A DNA stretch of 64,000 bases, from assembly GCA_965113315.1 (NCBI GenBank), contig OZ220372.1, one strand, 5' to 3'. Numbering within the stretch: position 1 is the first letter of the stretch; each line of letters opens with the position of its first letter. The DNA is from Podarcis vaucheri. Its lineage: Eukaryota. The notes beneath the pieces are model-generated. The model made no database searches, was not told where the DNA came from, and worked only from the letters and a program-made list of their open reading frames with translations. Position numbers and translations under genes: made by a program. Of the stretch, positions 12,176 through 26,415 are shown one piece after another.

Positions 12176-13286
12176 TTGCATTTTATCAGAGGCCATGTTG
12201 TATGCAAGTTCTGTGTTGGAGACAACTGTGGAATTTTACTAGTCCCTGGACACCTTTATTTTTGTCGGTTAATACTTTGTTGTCTGCCTAGGCAATTTGC
12301 TGTTTGAAAAACTCAGCTATTGTGTTTATCAGCAGTTTACAGGTAACAAAAAGCAGCTGTTGGGGACACACATTCTGTCTGCTGGAGTCTTGGTATTACT
12401 GATGTCTCTTTGTTAGCAAAATGTTACTTCCCCCATTGACAAAAAGGAACTACACATTCTCATTGTTACATTGAAAGTGACCTCAGATAGGCTCCTCTCC
12501 ATAAAGCAGAAAGACCTAGGAATTCTTGGTATTAGTATGTCAGGCATTAAAGTTTCCCACAGGAGACTGGTCTTTATTTGCAGAAGAAAGGTTGATGGTT
12601 GTTGTTTTTATATAAAATAGTTAAGCGTCTTGGTGAATTGCATGATTCTCTAAGGGCTCTCTGCTTTTTGAATGTAGTGCATGATGCTGCTTTTATTAGT
12701 GCTCTGGTTACAGTAATGTCCTATTGTTAGAGCATTTGAACATTTAATGTAGGAATAAAATGCTTTGGAAATGCTTTGGAAAAAGCTCTTTCTCCCACTT
12801 TAGACTTAGGTTATTAGGTTGCCATAAACAGAAAAACCTCCACCCACCCAGAACACTCTTGCCCTCCTAGAGTATGTGTACATACATTTGTGTATATAAT
12901 CAGGAAACCACAGTATTAAAATCTTGAAATACATGGTTAGTGTATTCTTCTTTGGGCTTTTTAGCTTTTCTTTTGGCTTTTTAGCTTTTGACAGAAAGCT
13001 TCACGATGTAGGTAGCTGTAGTTCACTTTTCATAAATCCCATTGCTGTTGGGACATGTACCTGGGATTCTAGATTTGGTTTTAAGGATGTGTGAGCTGCC
13101 TAAATCATGGTGGTCTCCATGCTCTTCTAAGAGTAAAGAGTAGGCATTGTAAATAGAAATTGCACAATGCTTTTATGGCATAGTGGGGAAATAAAATGTG
13201 AAAAATCTGGTTGTGTAATTTAGAGATAATTGCCAGCTTCTACTGTGTTAGCAACTAGCTTTATGGGAGTCTCTCTTTAGAATTAG

Positions 13287-13672
13287 CAGTGTTCGAAACT
13301 CCCACTGTTCTAGGCGCATTTTACGACAAGGAATTTCATTAGCGTGTGCAGTTTCTGAGCTTAGGGCGCAGTACTGCACCTAAGATTTCAGATTAAATTT
13401 GTAGAGTGGAAGGAAAGGAGGACCTTTTTCTGCCTCCCTACTTCCTCTGAATATTAGGGGGACAGGCAGGGGAAGCATGGCTTTGTTACTGCAGTCTTCA
13501 GATGAGGACTAGACCATGTGAAAAATGAATATAAGATTTTAGCTGAAGATAATTTTCAGCTTTGTATTCTTGTTATAAAAAAGGGCGCCTAGACATTCCG
13601 TTGCTGTGCCTATAACCTAGGTTTAAGGTGCCATTTTAGCTTCTAGCTTTCATATCTCAGTTTCTAACACTG
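13287..13672. mobile_element. hAT-type MITE
   Basis: TIRs cagtgttcgaaact / agtttctaacactg (13/14); 8-bp TSD agaattag / ggaattag. Confidence 0.78.
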
Positions 13673-14072
13673 GGAATTAGTTGTGTGTAACCCCAACACT
13701 CTCCGTTCCCTTCTAAAATGGACTGGCAAACCTTTCCATACACCTGCCTACTATAGCCAGTTTTTAAAAATGGCTCACACCCTCTTTGAGGGTCATAGGC
13801 CTGTCTCATGCAGTGCCTGGCCTACAGTTCTATAGCCTAACTGACAGTGTGGAGCATCCCTGACCCTGTGTCTCCTTGAAATTATGACCCAAAATGGCAA
13901 ACCCATTTGGAGTCGAGCCCACCGCCCATGGCAGGAGCTGCTGTCATAGTATGACAGGCCCTGGACCACTCCCCAGAGCTGCATTCATTCAGCCAACAAT
14001 TAAACACTAATCTCCACTACAAACAGCACACTCTTACCTGCAGCTGGATGATGCAAAATAACATCCAGTGAA

Positions 14073-14158
14073 TACACAGGGTGAGTCCTTTAAAAGAGGG
14101 CCTGTGGATACAGAGTACACATGTTCCACGAGGTCTCTTAAAAGACTCACCCTGTATA
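14073..14158. mobile_element. Tiny palindromic Tc1/mariner-type MITE
   Basis: acagggtgagtc ... gactcaccctgt inverted ends flanked by TA. Confidence 0.7.
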
Positions 14159-15253
14159 ATTGAGGTCTGATATAGTGGGGTGTCTGTTAATCTGCCATTT
14201 AAAAAGATAATTGATTAAATTTGCGTATAAGCGAAACCTCAAGAGCCATAAGATTTGAGAGAAAACTTAAAATACAAAAGCTGTCCATCATTGTAAAAGG
14301 CCTTTTTCTGTATTTAGTTTTATATTCCTGTATGTTAATACAGCAAGCCTGCAATGTACACACATTCAGCTTTATGTATGACATGGCAGAAAGGGGGCAG
14401 GGTTTCAGGAGTAATGGCTTTGGCAATCCCACTTGAACCTAATGGATTTTGACTATAGGCAATTTTGGCTTTAGGTGTGATCCCCAGATCATAGCCCCCA
14501 TATAAATTGCAGGCTTACTGTACACCAGAACAACCTTGAACAACGATTAGGTGTCTTCCCTGACTCATCATTAAAATTGCCCTGTCTGATTAATCAGTTA
14601 AAGCTTCTTACTAATTAAAGCTTGAAGATTAGTTACAAGCTATAAAGTCTCTGCAAAACCTTTGTCTTCCATTTGTGACACGCACATACAATACAGAAGT
14701 GGAGACCATTCAAGATACTTGTTTAAGCTTATGTCAGCTGAGTACAAGATTTTCCTATCAAAATGATGACATTTATAAGTATTTCTGACTAGTCTTTGGT
14801 AGTCTTCACTCCCTTTAGGAGGTGTATAAGACACATGCTTTGGTGTGTTGACAGAACCTTGTGCTATAACCTCTGGTCTTGTGATCATGCTTAACTGAGA
14901 ACCAAATGTCAAGATAGGGTTTGCAGTGAACAGTATCCACATTGTTTTGCAGTGGATTGGTGCTACATATTAAAAAGCTCTGTATTTAAATTGAATCATG
15001 GAATTGGTAATTTTTACCTTTCATAACACCACAGATGCTCCTCTAAAGCTTATTTACTTCAGTCCTAGGGAAATGCGAATTCTCCATGATTGGCTTTCAG
15101 CATCTTCAAAAGTGACTATAAGTTGGATGTTAACATAATTATAGGCTGGCGTGTTTATGAATGACAGTTTTGTTTCCTTTTTCAGGACTAGCCAATCTGT
15201 CATCGCTTCTTGCCGGAGAAAATAAGAACCTTTATTGAGAAGACCCTGGTCTC

Positions 15254-15421
15254 ATGAACGAATCAACGGATCTCGGGAATGGCAGCATTCTGGAGCCAGC
15301 ACTACGGCTCAGGAAGGGACACATGCCCGATCCTGCTGGGCAGGAAATCCTTGATAGTGACCAATCCAGTGAGCAGGGGCCCCTCCTAGTGGAGCCACCT
15401 GAATCTTCTGAACTGGAAAAG
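15254..15421 (+). CDS. ADIPOR2: Adiponectin receptor 2, exon 2 coding part (exon starts 15186)
   Basis: Acceptor tttccttttttcag| at 15185, ATG at 15254, MNESTDLGNGSILEPALRLRKGH...ELEK, donor AAG|GTAAAT; 168 nt, phase 0. Confidence 0.93.
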
Positions 15422-15719
15422 GTAAATAATAATTGGTACTCTGAAATCTAGCCAGGGAGTTGCATCAAACCTTCTTGAACAACTTAGGGATAAGTTAACA
15501 ATTATAGGGGTATGGTTCTTATCGGAGAAGGCTATTCCACAGTGTCCAAGACCCAGGCCATTAAGATATTTTAAAAACAACAACACCCCAGCATCTTGAA
15601 TTTATCCCAGAAATGAACAGGTAACCAGTGGTTTTGTTACCGCGTGTGTCAAATATACTTCATGTTGGAGAATCTTGACAAGTCTTACCGCTGTGTACTG
15701 GAGCAACTGAAGTTCTTGA

Positions 15720-15830
15720 ACTGTCCGCTGCTCCCAGAGCTGCGGGGGGGGGGGAATAATATTTTTTCCCTTGATTTCCCCCCCTGAAAACTAGGTGCGT
15801 CCTATGGGCCTTATAGGGCGAAAAATACGG
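15720..15830. mobile_element. Right-end fragment of pogo/Tigger-like MITE
   Basis: aaaactaggtgcgtc...gggcgaaaaatacgg|ta, same end as the element at 20461-21216. Confidence 0.7.
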
Positions 15831-18800
15831 TACTAGTAGAAAAGGAAAGAATGAAAGCAGGCATGCTTCATTTTGATATTCTTGCAACCTAATCCTATGC
15901 ATGATTCCAACAGGCACTCTCAGAACAGAACCATTGTTATTAAATACTGTTCAGGCATTTTCAGAACCTCGGTCTTGTAGATCTGCTATACGTGGAAGTG
16001 TCACAGGATTTTCAAGTGAAAATAATGCTCAGAACCCTCCTTCCCCCTCCCTTGCCTCCCATCTTGCACACAAATGAGAGTAAGCTGCCTTGAATTCAGC
16101 ATAACTTACTACTGAGTGATATACATAGGATTGTGCACTCTTAATCCTCTTTCTCTTTCCTCCCTCCCCCTTCATTATCAAATGAAAAATACACCATTAA
16201 GTAAGATATTCTGGATCTACGATTTTAGAAGGCAGCCTCGGCCGAAGTGAAGGGTGGAGGTGTTACAGAAGGTTTTCAACTTTAGGAAGGAACGTCAAAT
16301 CAAAAGCTGCCTTATACGTATATATTATGTTGTCTTCCTCCTTGAAAATTTATCTGCACTGCTTCCTTTCTTCACTTTGCCACTTCATAATCACTTTGTG
16401 CTGCTCCAGCACAGGCCCCACCCAGAATAAATGGCACGTGTACAGTGATGCTAGCTACTGCTGATCCTTCCCATAGAGACTTGAGGTGAATGGGCTAGTC
16501 TGTGATAGTAAGGCAAGCTCGTGGGAGGTGGGTCTGAACTGGCCCTCTAATTCTCCCAATTGATCTTGCCTATCCAGCTTCAAGACAGAAATCTTAACCG
16601 TAAAGCATTATGAATATTAACAGTGTTGTGACAATGCTAGACCTGTTTCCTTTGAAGTGTCTGTTGGGGAGGGCACATCATGGTGATGAAAAGTTCTTGT
16701 ATCAGAATTTTTTAGCAGCACCTTTTTGTTAATTCCGACAATTGGCATTTTTTCTGTTAATGTTCAGGCACTTAACAAAACACTCTTGAAAAAGGAAATG
16801 TCAGTTATTCACACTGCGTGTCTAAGCACTGTGAAATGCATTTGTATTTGATACTGCTTGTGTGTTCAGTTTCCTTTTCTATGGAGAAATAGTTTGGCAA
16901 GTTTTTATTCTGAAGTCTGTCATGGTTAGCATGTTTACTTAAAATACGTTTTGAAATCAGCAAGACTTCCTGTTTTAAAGCTGAGTGACGCTTATTGGAT
17001 CACCTTTACCCTACCGTGTGTCTGTTTCCCTCTGACGGAGGAAAGCGCATCTTTTCCACAGTGGTATTGGAGTACTTCTCCAAGAAAGAAAGCCTGTGGG
17101 GTGCCAGGTGATAATTCAGACTGTCCTCAGGCATGCAAATGATAGTTGGATTATTTATTGTACACATTTTTATTTTCACTGTGGTGGGTGTAAATCTTCT
17201 AGAGGAACCTTTCCTAACCTAGTACCCCCTTGACGTTTTTGCCCAGTCAGCATGCTGGCTGGGGCTAATGGGAAATTTAGTCCTAAATGTATGGAGGGCA
17301 CCAGGTTGGCAAAAGTTGCTCTAGTGAATATTCACGTTTTCTTAAGCTGTTGGTGCTTTTTTCTGCCCTGTGCCGGACTGTCTGGCCTCCTTCATGGCAT
17401 TTATCTTCCTTTGCCCTTTGCTATTTGAATGGTTGGAGTGTCTTTGTTCTCCCTGCTGTTCTTCAGTCACTGATATCTCCTAAAGAAATGGTTCTCACTG
17501 TGACTTTGTTAAACTGACACAATCAAATGCATGTGACTTTTATCACCTGATGAATGGGCTTTTTATGTACAGCCCTGAAAACCTGCACTTGACTCTCTCC
17601 CTTTTTTCTATAATCCTCCAATGACAGAGAGGGAACAAAAGGCTGTTTTCTTCACATTTCCCCCCCATCTCCCACAGCCCTCTGCTCTTGATTGATGGTG
17701 GTTTTTGTCTAAAAGTTCCTGCATCTGTGGTGCTCTGTGCACTTGCAGTGTGTGGCCTAGAAGCGTGTCTGTGAAATTTTGGGTCCTTTGCTCTGAAGCA
17801 TTTGGTACTGTGCAGAGGATAATGAAGCGCAGCACTTGACTCTTCAGTCAGTGGAAGGCTTCTTCATGGCAGATACCCAGCTGGAACATTTGTCAAGCAG
17901 CCAGGGCCTCCATGACTCTTGAATTCAGCTGTTTGACCTTTTGGAAAGAATCCATTAGTAAGCCTACTTTGAAAGTGAAAAAACTGTGCTCAAGCATAGT
18001 AAAAATGGGAAGGAAAAGAATAGAAACCAAATAAAAAATACTGACATGAATACTTAAGAACAAGGGATTTAGAGTTCATCCTTAAGGAAAGGCATTGGAA
18101 ACCTGTTGCTTTCTTTTCCATCCTGGTGTGGAAGAGGAAGGTCAACCTGCTGTATGCCATTATGTTCTTTCTTGGTTTCTTTGTTTGTTTATTACAACTA
18201 TTGCTTTTAACTTGTTTTTAGCTCTTTATCTAGTTTTGTGTTTTTATATTGCTATAAACCGCTGCGATACATTTTTATGGTACAGTGGCATATAAACATT
18301 TTTATTAAAAAATAAATAATAAAATGTAAGAGACAAGGCATGGCAGCTACTCATATTTGCACCTTATTAAGGTTTTGTAGTTCTGTAAATAACATGCTCA
18401 GACATTCCTTCTTTCCCTGCCTCTACACTACATCCCACAATCTCTCAATTGCCATGTTTTCTACTTTTTTTGGTTATGCTAGGACAACTTCTCCACTTTT
18501 AGATCCTGCTTTTGCATTGTTTTAATATAGTGAACTGGTTTTGGAAAGTAAACGCATAGAATTGTCTCAGTGTCTTGGATACAGCAAAGGCAAGTTCTAT
18601 ATATGCCCTTGGTATTTTTTTCTCTTGTTGCTGCTTCTCCTCTGTGTTTTCTTTTACCCAATGAGTGATGAGCTATTTCTGCTTTCATAGCAACAAATAT
18701 TACTTTCTAGGATTCCTTCTCTCTGAACTTTAAAAATATTTTTTAAAGGCCAGTATCTGAAAGGTAATCATGTGCAGACACAATGCATGGTTCTGCCAAT

Positions 18801-20460
18801 TTATTGTCCTCTTGAGGGAAGAGGCAGCCATTTTAGAAATAAACAGGACCTTACTGTATAGAGGTTGGTGGAGCTTTGTTTTGTTTTTTAATAAATATTT
18901 TAATTAAGTTTTCACATAATACATCTTTAAAAAACAGGCAGGTGGAGATTTGGTGGATACCCTTCTGTCATTATTTTTACCAGGTTTGCTATGCACTGTC
19001 CTGGACTTTTTCACTTAACATGGAAAGTTGTGTAGTGTGGTGTTGCTTGTGTAGCTTAGTCTAGACTGGCAACTGATCTTTTGCGACTGGATGGAGATGT
19101 CCAGGAGCCACACTTGGTGCTTAGCATCTCCAGCTGCCTGGCTGCAGTCAGCTCGTTTCAGCGCAACAAAAAATGCACCTTTTTTGTGCTGCCGGGTGAA
19201 TCAGGTTTTTGGAAGGATAGTGCAGTAGCAAAAGACATGTCTTTTGCTGTTGCACAACCCTGCAGACCCCCTGATTCTCTTGGCAACTCCCCTCCCCCCC
19301 AGTGAAAAGAAAAGGCACCTAGACATTTTGTTTTGGTGCCCACAACCTACGTCCCAGGAGCCACATGGCTCCTAGCATTCCTATCCCAGTTTCTAACCGC
19401 TGCTCATCAGTTGCTTTTATAAACCATAACTTGTTGAGATCCTAGTTTGATTGTAGGAGAAAGACAAGAAGGCATTTGGTTCATTTACCCTTGCAATGTA
19501 AGAGAGGTTACACTGCATCAAGCAAATAGATCACATTTCCATTTTCTGGCAGCAGGTAGAAGGGGGAGCTAGCAAAGGTATTTTGGCAATTACTGGTGGT
19601 GAAAGCAGGGTTTTCTGGAGCAGTATAATTTCTTATGTATCTTGTTTCCTTTTAGCATGCTTCATAAGCCTGTTTTCTCTCCCTTCCCCCATATCCCCCC
19701 CCCCCTTTGCATATGAAGTGTTGCTTTACTTAGCAAGTCAAATGCCAGGCAGCCTGTCACTCTCATGCACAGCTGCTTTTGGAATTAGCATATGGACAAA
19801 AGAGGTGGGGAAGAGCCTTCTTGGGCAGGTGCTGTTCTTCAGTCTGCCCAGTGTCAGAATGCCCTAGTCATTCCCCAGATAAGATGCATACACAGCCATC
19901 TCTTGCATTGCTGTTGAACACCAGCAAACAGATTTGCTGTGACCTGAAATATGTGTGAACACGCAGGAAGAAAGAATTCTTTGCAGCGAAGGAGCTCTTT
20001 AATATGTCTGCTTAAGCCCAGACACAAATTATCATAAAGCTTGTGATTTGTAGGCTTTAAGAAGAAAAAGAAAAGAAAACCTGAAATATGTAATAAGCTC
20101 TCCCATGATCAGAGAACAGTTCTAATTCCTGTTAACACATTCCAGAGGGGTAGTTGAGTTTCATGGCTGCCAACGAAAAGCTTATGCCACAATCAATCTG
20201 TTAGCCTTTAGGTTGCCTCACGAGTTTGTTGTATCTTGCAGACATCATATTTTGATCAGTAGATCCATTGTCCTTTTTCTTCATGAGACAGATCCCTCAT
20301 GACTTCTGTTAAGTTGCATTTATAACTGAAGGAGACCAGTTAATGTGACATATTAATACAAGGGCTCTAACTTCATTATGTCTCACAATTACCCCCCCCC
20401 CAAATGTCTAGCTCCTGCCTTTGCCTGTACTAAGAGGCTATTTATTCTTTTATTTATTTA

Positions 20461-21216
20461 CCGTATTTTTCGCCCCATAAGACGCACTTTTCCCCCTCCA
20501 AAAATGAAGGGGAAATGTGCCTGCGTCTTATGGGGCAAATGCAGGCTTTCGCTGAAGCCTGGAGAGCGAGGGGGGTCGGTGCGCACCGACCCCTCTCACT
20601 CTCCAGGCTTCAGGAAGCTCTGCGCAACCCTCGGGAGACCGGCTCCGAGGGTTGCGCAGAGCTGCCTGCAGTCCCGGGACCAGCGCAGCTCTGCGTGGCC
20701 ACCGGGAGCCGGGGGAGAAGCTCCGCCCCGCTCCCGGTGGCTGCGCAGAGCTGCCTGCGGTCCTGGGACCAGCGCAGCTCTGCCCGGGAGCCGGGGGCGA
20801 AGCTCCGCTCCCGGTGGCCGCGCAGAGCTGCCTGCGGTCCTGGGACCAGCGCAGCTCTGCGCTGCCATCCGGAGCGGGGCGCTAAGCTCCGCCCTGCTCC
20901 CGGTGGCCGTGCAGAGCTGCCTGCGGTCCTGGGACCAGCGCAGCTCTGCGCTGCCATCCGGAGCGGGGCACTAAGTCCTGCCCCGCTCGGGATGGCGGCG
21001 CAGAGCTGCCTGCCCTCCCGGGACTGGTGCACTTCTCCCCATCGCCAGCCCCACAAGCTTGGGGAACAGCGGGGAGGCAGAGCGTGCCTTCCCACTGTTC
21101 CCCGACCTGGTTCTTCCAGCCCCGCACCTGGGGGGGAAATTTTTTTTTCTTTATTTCCCCCCAAAAAACTAGGTGCGTCTTATGGGCCGGAGCGTCTTAT
21201 GGGGCGCAAAATACGG
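20461..21216. mobile_element. pogo/Tigger-like MITE with internal GC-rich ~89-bp minisatellite
   Basis: 24/25 TIR ccgtatttttcgccccataagacgc with TA TSDs. Internal units start at 20656, 20745, 20822, 20911 and 21000. Inserted into the tail of a LINE fragment that continues to ~21490. Confidence 0.88.
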
Positions 21217-24200
21217 TATACATAACCTTCATTTTTCCTGACAGGACTCAAGGCGGCTTACAGATAAAAATAAGAACCGCTAAAAACATTGAAAAAACAA
21301 TAATGATAAAACAACAAAACCTTGATAGAATTAATACTATATACGTATATAAAATATATTAAAACTATACCAATAATTACAATAAAAACAGCCCTGCACC
21401 AGCCCTTTCATTAAAAGCAGTCAGTTCCCAAAAGCCTCTTGGAAAAAGAAAGTCTTCACCTGTCGGCGGAAGGACAACAAGCAGGGAGCCTGTCTAGCTT
21501 ATTTTATAAGGAGTATGTGTACACTCCAGTTATGCCAGTTCTCTCCTCTTCCCCATTTCTTACAAAGGGTTTCTGGACTCTCATAACAACTCTTATCCTC
21601 ACTTCATCCCTCTCTACTCTTTTTGTTATGCCTTATCTTTTCCATTATTTTTCATCTTGTTTGAATTCTGAATGCCTTTGTCCTGAAGGCAGGGTGTTCT
21701 TCTGAGTGATGTTAGTGCTTAGTCCCATGATGGCTGTTGTCATGGGCAGTTTTTTTATACTAATGGGAGTAGATTTGTGCATAGGTAAGTATCCTCAGTC
21801 ATGCCATGTGTGGGGAAGCTATCTTGATTGGTATGGTAATGCCCACTAACTACTAGAGTACCATTTACACCCACACCCTTTTCTACAAATCCTAAGCGTT
21901 CTTTTAACTGTTGCACTTTGCCTGACTTGTACCGACCTTTCCCCATGAGTTTCTTTCTCCCAAAAAGTAGTGAGACTTAGTTGATCTTCTGTAACTTGCA
22001 GCATTTAAAAGACTTAATAGTTGAAGGTCAGTATAGATCACTGTGACCTTGAACACCAAGTTCTGAAGACAAAATGGCTACACTCTGCATTTGACTTCAG
22101 AATAGCAATTAACTGCATCCAGATGGTCTGCTTGCAGAGTGACATGTTGCCCACTTCACCTCTATTGTGATGAGGCTGCAGAGTCCCTGGAACCAAACAT
22201 GCCCATGTAGCCATTTGGCAGCCAATCAAAATATCCTTGTGATCAATTAGATGAACAGCTTCCTTCCAGAGTCACATTGCTGCAAGATACTGCAATCTCT
22301 GTTGTAGGCTTGAAATGTTTCACTTTGCTTCTCTTTCCCTCTTCCCAATGAACTGCATTGCAATAATGTATCTGCAAATGCAGTATTTGGGGAAGAGAAC
22401 AGAACATGGGTGACCTGTCTGTTCCTGACTTTACTGTTTGTAAACTTAAACAACCTACCTCTCTCATTTTTGCCTAATAATTACTTTCTGTGGCTGAAAG
22501 GACGGAGCATGTGTCTGTTAGGTATTGCTATAAAGACCAATGTGAGTTTCTGTACTATAAATATCCCCAGATTAATAGGTCCCCAGATAATATGTCCCCA
22601 GACAAACTATGGAGTAGCTGGCTTAACATTATGCTCAAAGTAGTGCTTGTGGCTTTATACTTTTCAAACAAACCAGCCTAAGGCTAATGTTTGTTCTAGG
22701 CTTCCTGACTATGTTTTTTTGAAGAGAAACAAATCACAAGTGCTGGTTCAGATCCAACACTAAGCCAGCCTTCCCGTGGTCTGTTTCTCCACTCATAAGG
22801 GAGGAATGAGGTGGAAGAGCTTGAGCTAGGTACACCAGCACAAAGTATGAGCATGTTATGATTAAGACAGACAAACTCCACTTGGCTTAGCATCATGTGT
22901 GAATACGACCAGTATGGTCCAATTTCAAAAACTAACTGTAGAGAAGAGGTGAAATCCTCCACAATTGAGGTTATGGGCTAGGTGTTCAGAAACTAGAGAA
23001 ACTGTGGGGGAAGGGATACTCTGCTGGCTGAACTTGAAACCTAGGCATAGCTTATTAAACTTGGTTTTAAAAGGGTGCATCCTTGGTAGACAAGCTGATT
23101 GCAGTCTACAAACTGTGTTAAAGGGCTTTAATACACTTGTGGAGAGTTACTGTTTTAATAAATGTTGACAGCTAGATCCAAGTGCATAGAGCAAAAGAAC
23201 CATCTGAATCTTTAATGATGTGGATTGCTGTAGCTGCTATTCAGGCAGGTTTTTATGTAGAGTATGTGGAACCATGCTTCCATATAGTATAGAAAACTGC
23301 TTGCTTTGCTTGCTTGCTTAGGTTCTCTTTTTGTTGTCGGATCTAGTATAGTGAGACTCAAAGTTTGTGCATTATTGAAGGTGCACAAGGAATCTCCTTT
23401 TTTTGAAAGCTCTTTTTGGGTTTTAACAGTTTTGAAGTAGATATATGTTTAAGTAAAATTGCAAGCCTCAACAGCTTCCTTAGCTGTGAATGAGGGGAAG
23501 TGGAAAAGGCTCAGGAATTGTAGGCAGGGCAAACAAACACACCACATCCTTTCATCTCTGCTGCACTGCCTTGCATATTTTAACCAGGAAGATGCCTCTT
23601 TGTTTGATGGCAGCAATCCTTTCAGTTTATCACATACAACTTTGGTAGAATAACTGGTTGCAGTTTTAGGCAGCACAATGGACTCAAGTTCGTATATTTG
23701 TATTTGCTGTTAAATTCTGAATTTTCTCAGTAAGCAGTGTGCTTGAATAAGTGTGTGCCAAGTATTCTAGAGTTGCATATACATTCTGATGGGTCATTAG
23801 TGACTTTCGAGTGGGTCTCTTAACCAATATAAAGCCTTACGTGGAGGTGAGTTCTAGCATGCGTAAGTGATGATGTATGTATGCTGGTTGCTGCTTTAGT
23901 GTGAGCAGCTTTGAATAGTAGAGAATCTGTAAGCTGGGTTAGTGACCTACTCCAGTGACCATCTTAAGACCTGCTTGAGTCACTTACGTAGCTTCTCTGT
24001 TCATTCTTGCAGGAAACAAAGGGAAGGAACTGTACCCTTTTCATTTATGTTTGAACTGTTGCTTTCTCCCAGATCTCTTTTAAAACCAAAAGCAATATAT
24101 TGACAGATGGGAAGATTGCCAAACTGGTGAGAAGGAGAGAAAGTAAACTCACTAAGAATTGATCTGCCTCTTTTCTCTATTCTTCCTCTTACCTCCACCA

Positions 24201-25473
24201 CCCAATCTCTTGATTTTTAACCTAGCAGCTTGGCTGTTTTGCAGGTAGGTGTTTATTGTGGAAGAACAGATCCTGCTAAGATCACCTTTGGTGCACATTT
24301 GTATGTTCTTTCAATGATCTCGGATTAAATTATTTTGAATTATAGGATTTTGTATTGGTGATTCTGAATTCTCAGTGGACTCAGGTCCTTCTGGCAGGAT
24401 TCATAAGCATCTGATTGTCCAGTGTAAGAATGGAATGCTGGGCTACGTAAGCCTTTGGTTTGATCCAGTAGTGCTCTTCCTATGTTGATTAACTTGATTT
24501 TTTTTTAAAGTGAAAGCATAGTTAGCAAAGTTTTCTCTGAACATTTAATAAGAAAGATTCTTAACACTGTGTGGGAGCAAAACAGTGCTTAAGTGTCTAA
24601 TCCATATTAAATAACACTGGGAAAATAACTAAGGATTTGTTTTCATTTATGATAGTCAATCTGAAATAAATTATTTGCTCCCTTAAAAAACCTTAGTATA
24701 TATAGGGCTTTACCTTTGACTGTCCTTTAAAGTGCATGGTGCTTCTGTACAGTATAGGTAGGATTTTGATCTTGCGCTACAGTATTGTAAAACTACATTA
24801 ACGGGCAGAAGATGCATAAATGACTGGAAAAGGAACTCTTTCTGTGCCAGCCTCAATGTGAGCCTCCTCAATTAAAAGTTACTAATGTTGGCTGGTACAG
24901 ATGAGAATTGACTAAGTTTCCTGGGTCATTGAAGAGGCTCTTAAATGTTGGAAAGGGACTATCCAATGCTCATATGCTTTGCCTATAGAAAGTTCCATTT
25001 TTAGTGACCAGCATTTCCATTTAAAGACTGTCACATTATTAGACTGGGAAAGGCATCTGCCTGAGACTCTAGGGAACCCCTGATAGTTGGAGTAGACAAC
25101 ACTGGGCCCAGTGGCCCAGTTAAGTCTACTGCAGCTTCGTGTGCAATCTTACAGTTAGGCAATTGTAAGATGTTTGGGGGAAAGCAAAGAACAATAAAAA
25201 AGAGAATCAGTTTAACATTGAGTTTGCCTGACACTGATTCTTCCTAAAACATTGTTGTAGTTAATAACTGGATTCTCATAAGCAAAGGCATGCAAATTGT
25301 GTTTGTTTAACAGTTCTTTTCTAGTAAATAGGTTGGTGATTGACATAATCTGTGCAAGGGCAACAAACTGCAAAATGCATTCATGCTGTGTTAACCGCAT
25401 CTTATTTCACATTGAAAGAAAGGAAAAAGCATGATCAAATTCAGAGTTTTGTCTATCTTTCTAAAAGGGAGTA

Positions 25474-26048
25474 ATAGAATCATAGAATTATAGAGTTAGA
25501 AGGGACCCAGAGGGTCATCTATTCTAACCCCCAGCAATGCAGGAATCTCAACTAATGCATCTATGACAGACGGCATTCCAACCTCTGCTTAAAAACCTCC
25601 AATAAAGTCCACCACCTTCTGAGGGAGCCTCTTCCACTGTCACTCAGCTCTTATCATCAGAAAGTTCTTCCTGATGTTTATTCAGAATCTCCTTTCTTGT
25701 AACTTGAAGCTATTGGTTTGGGTCCTAGTCTCCAGAGGAGACAACAAGCTTGGAAGATGGCTGTTACATCTCCTCTCAGTCTCCTCTTATCCAGGCTAAA
25801 CATACCCACTTCCCTTAACTGTTCCTCATCAGGCTCGATTTCCAGATCCTTTGTCATCTTGGTTACCCTCCTTTACACACATTTCAATATCCTTCTTAAA
25901 CTGTGGTGTCGAGAACTGGACACAGTACTCCAGGTGTGGTCTAACCAAGGCAAAATAGAGTGAAACTATTATTTCCCTTGATTGGGACATTATATTTCTG
26001 TTGATGCAGCCTTAGAATAGCATGAGCCTTTTTTGCTACTGCATCACA
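25474..26048 (-). mobile_element. CR1 LINE 3' fragment
   Basis: Tandem atagaatc tail and CR1-typical antisense RT-end sequence (ccagaactggacacagtactccag-like). Confidence 0.85.
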
Positions 26049-26301
26049 AAGTGGCAGCTATACCTAATAGTCTCTTCTCTTCCATAGCACAAATTGGGGA
26101 CCACCAACTCCATTGCATTTTGCTCAACAGCATTGGCTAGAGAACCTAATTCTGGAGTATGCAGCTAGAGAACATGTTTCTTTTGAACATTCTACACTTG
26201 TGTGCTTACCTGGCTTCATATTTGATAGTAGAATTCCATGTTAAGTCACTGAAAGCAAAACTTGTTTTTGCTTGTTATTCAACAATTCTTTTATGTTTCA
26301 G

Positions 26302-26415
26302 AGTTCTGATCATGTTGGCAGCGATGATGCAGCTCATGAGGATGAAGGATTTATGGGGATGCTGCCTCTCCAAGCTCACCATGCCATGGAGAGGATGGAA
26401 GAGTTTGTATGTAAG
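26302..26415 (+). CDS. ADIPOR2: Adiponectin receptor 2, exon 3
   Basis: SSDHVGSDDAAHEDEGFMGMLPLQAHHAMERMEEFVCK; AG/GT boundaries, 114 nt. Confidence 0.96.

Noticed and set aside
20378-21225. Long overlapping ORFs (198, 236, 184 aa) and a CRISPR-like repeat spacing
   Set aside because: They lie within a TIR/TA-bounded MITE. The ORFs arise from GC-rich tandem units, the 'spacers' are themselves repeated, the context is eukaryotic and there are no cas genes.
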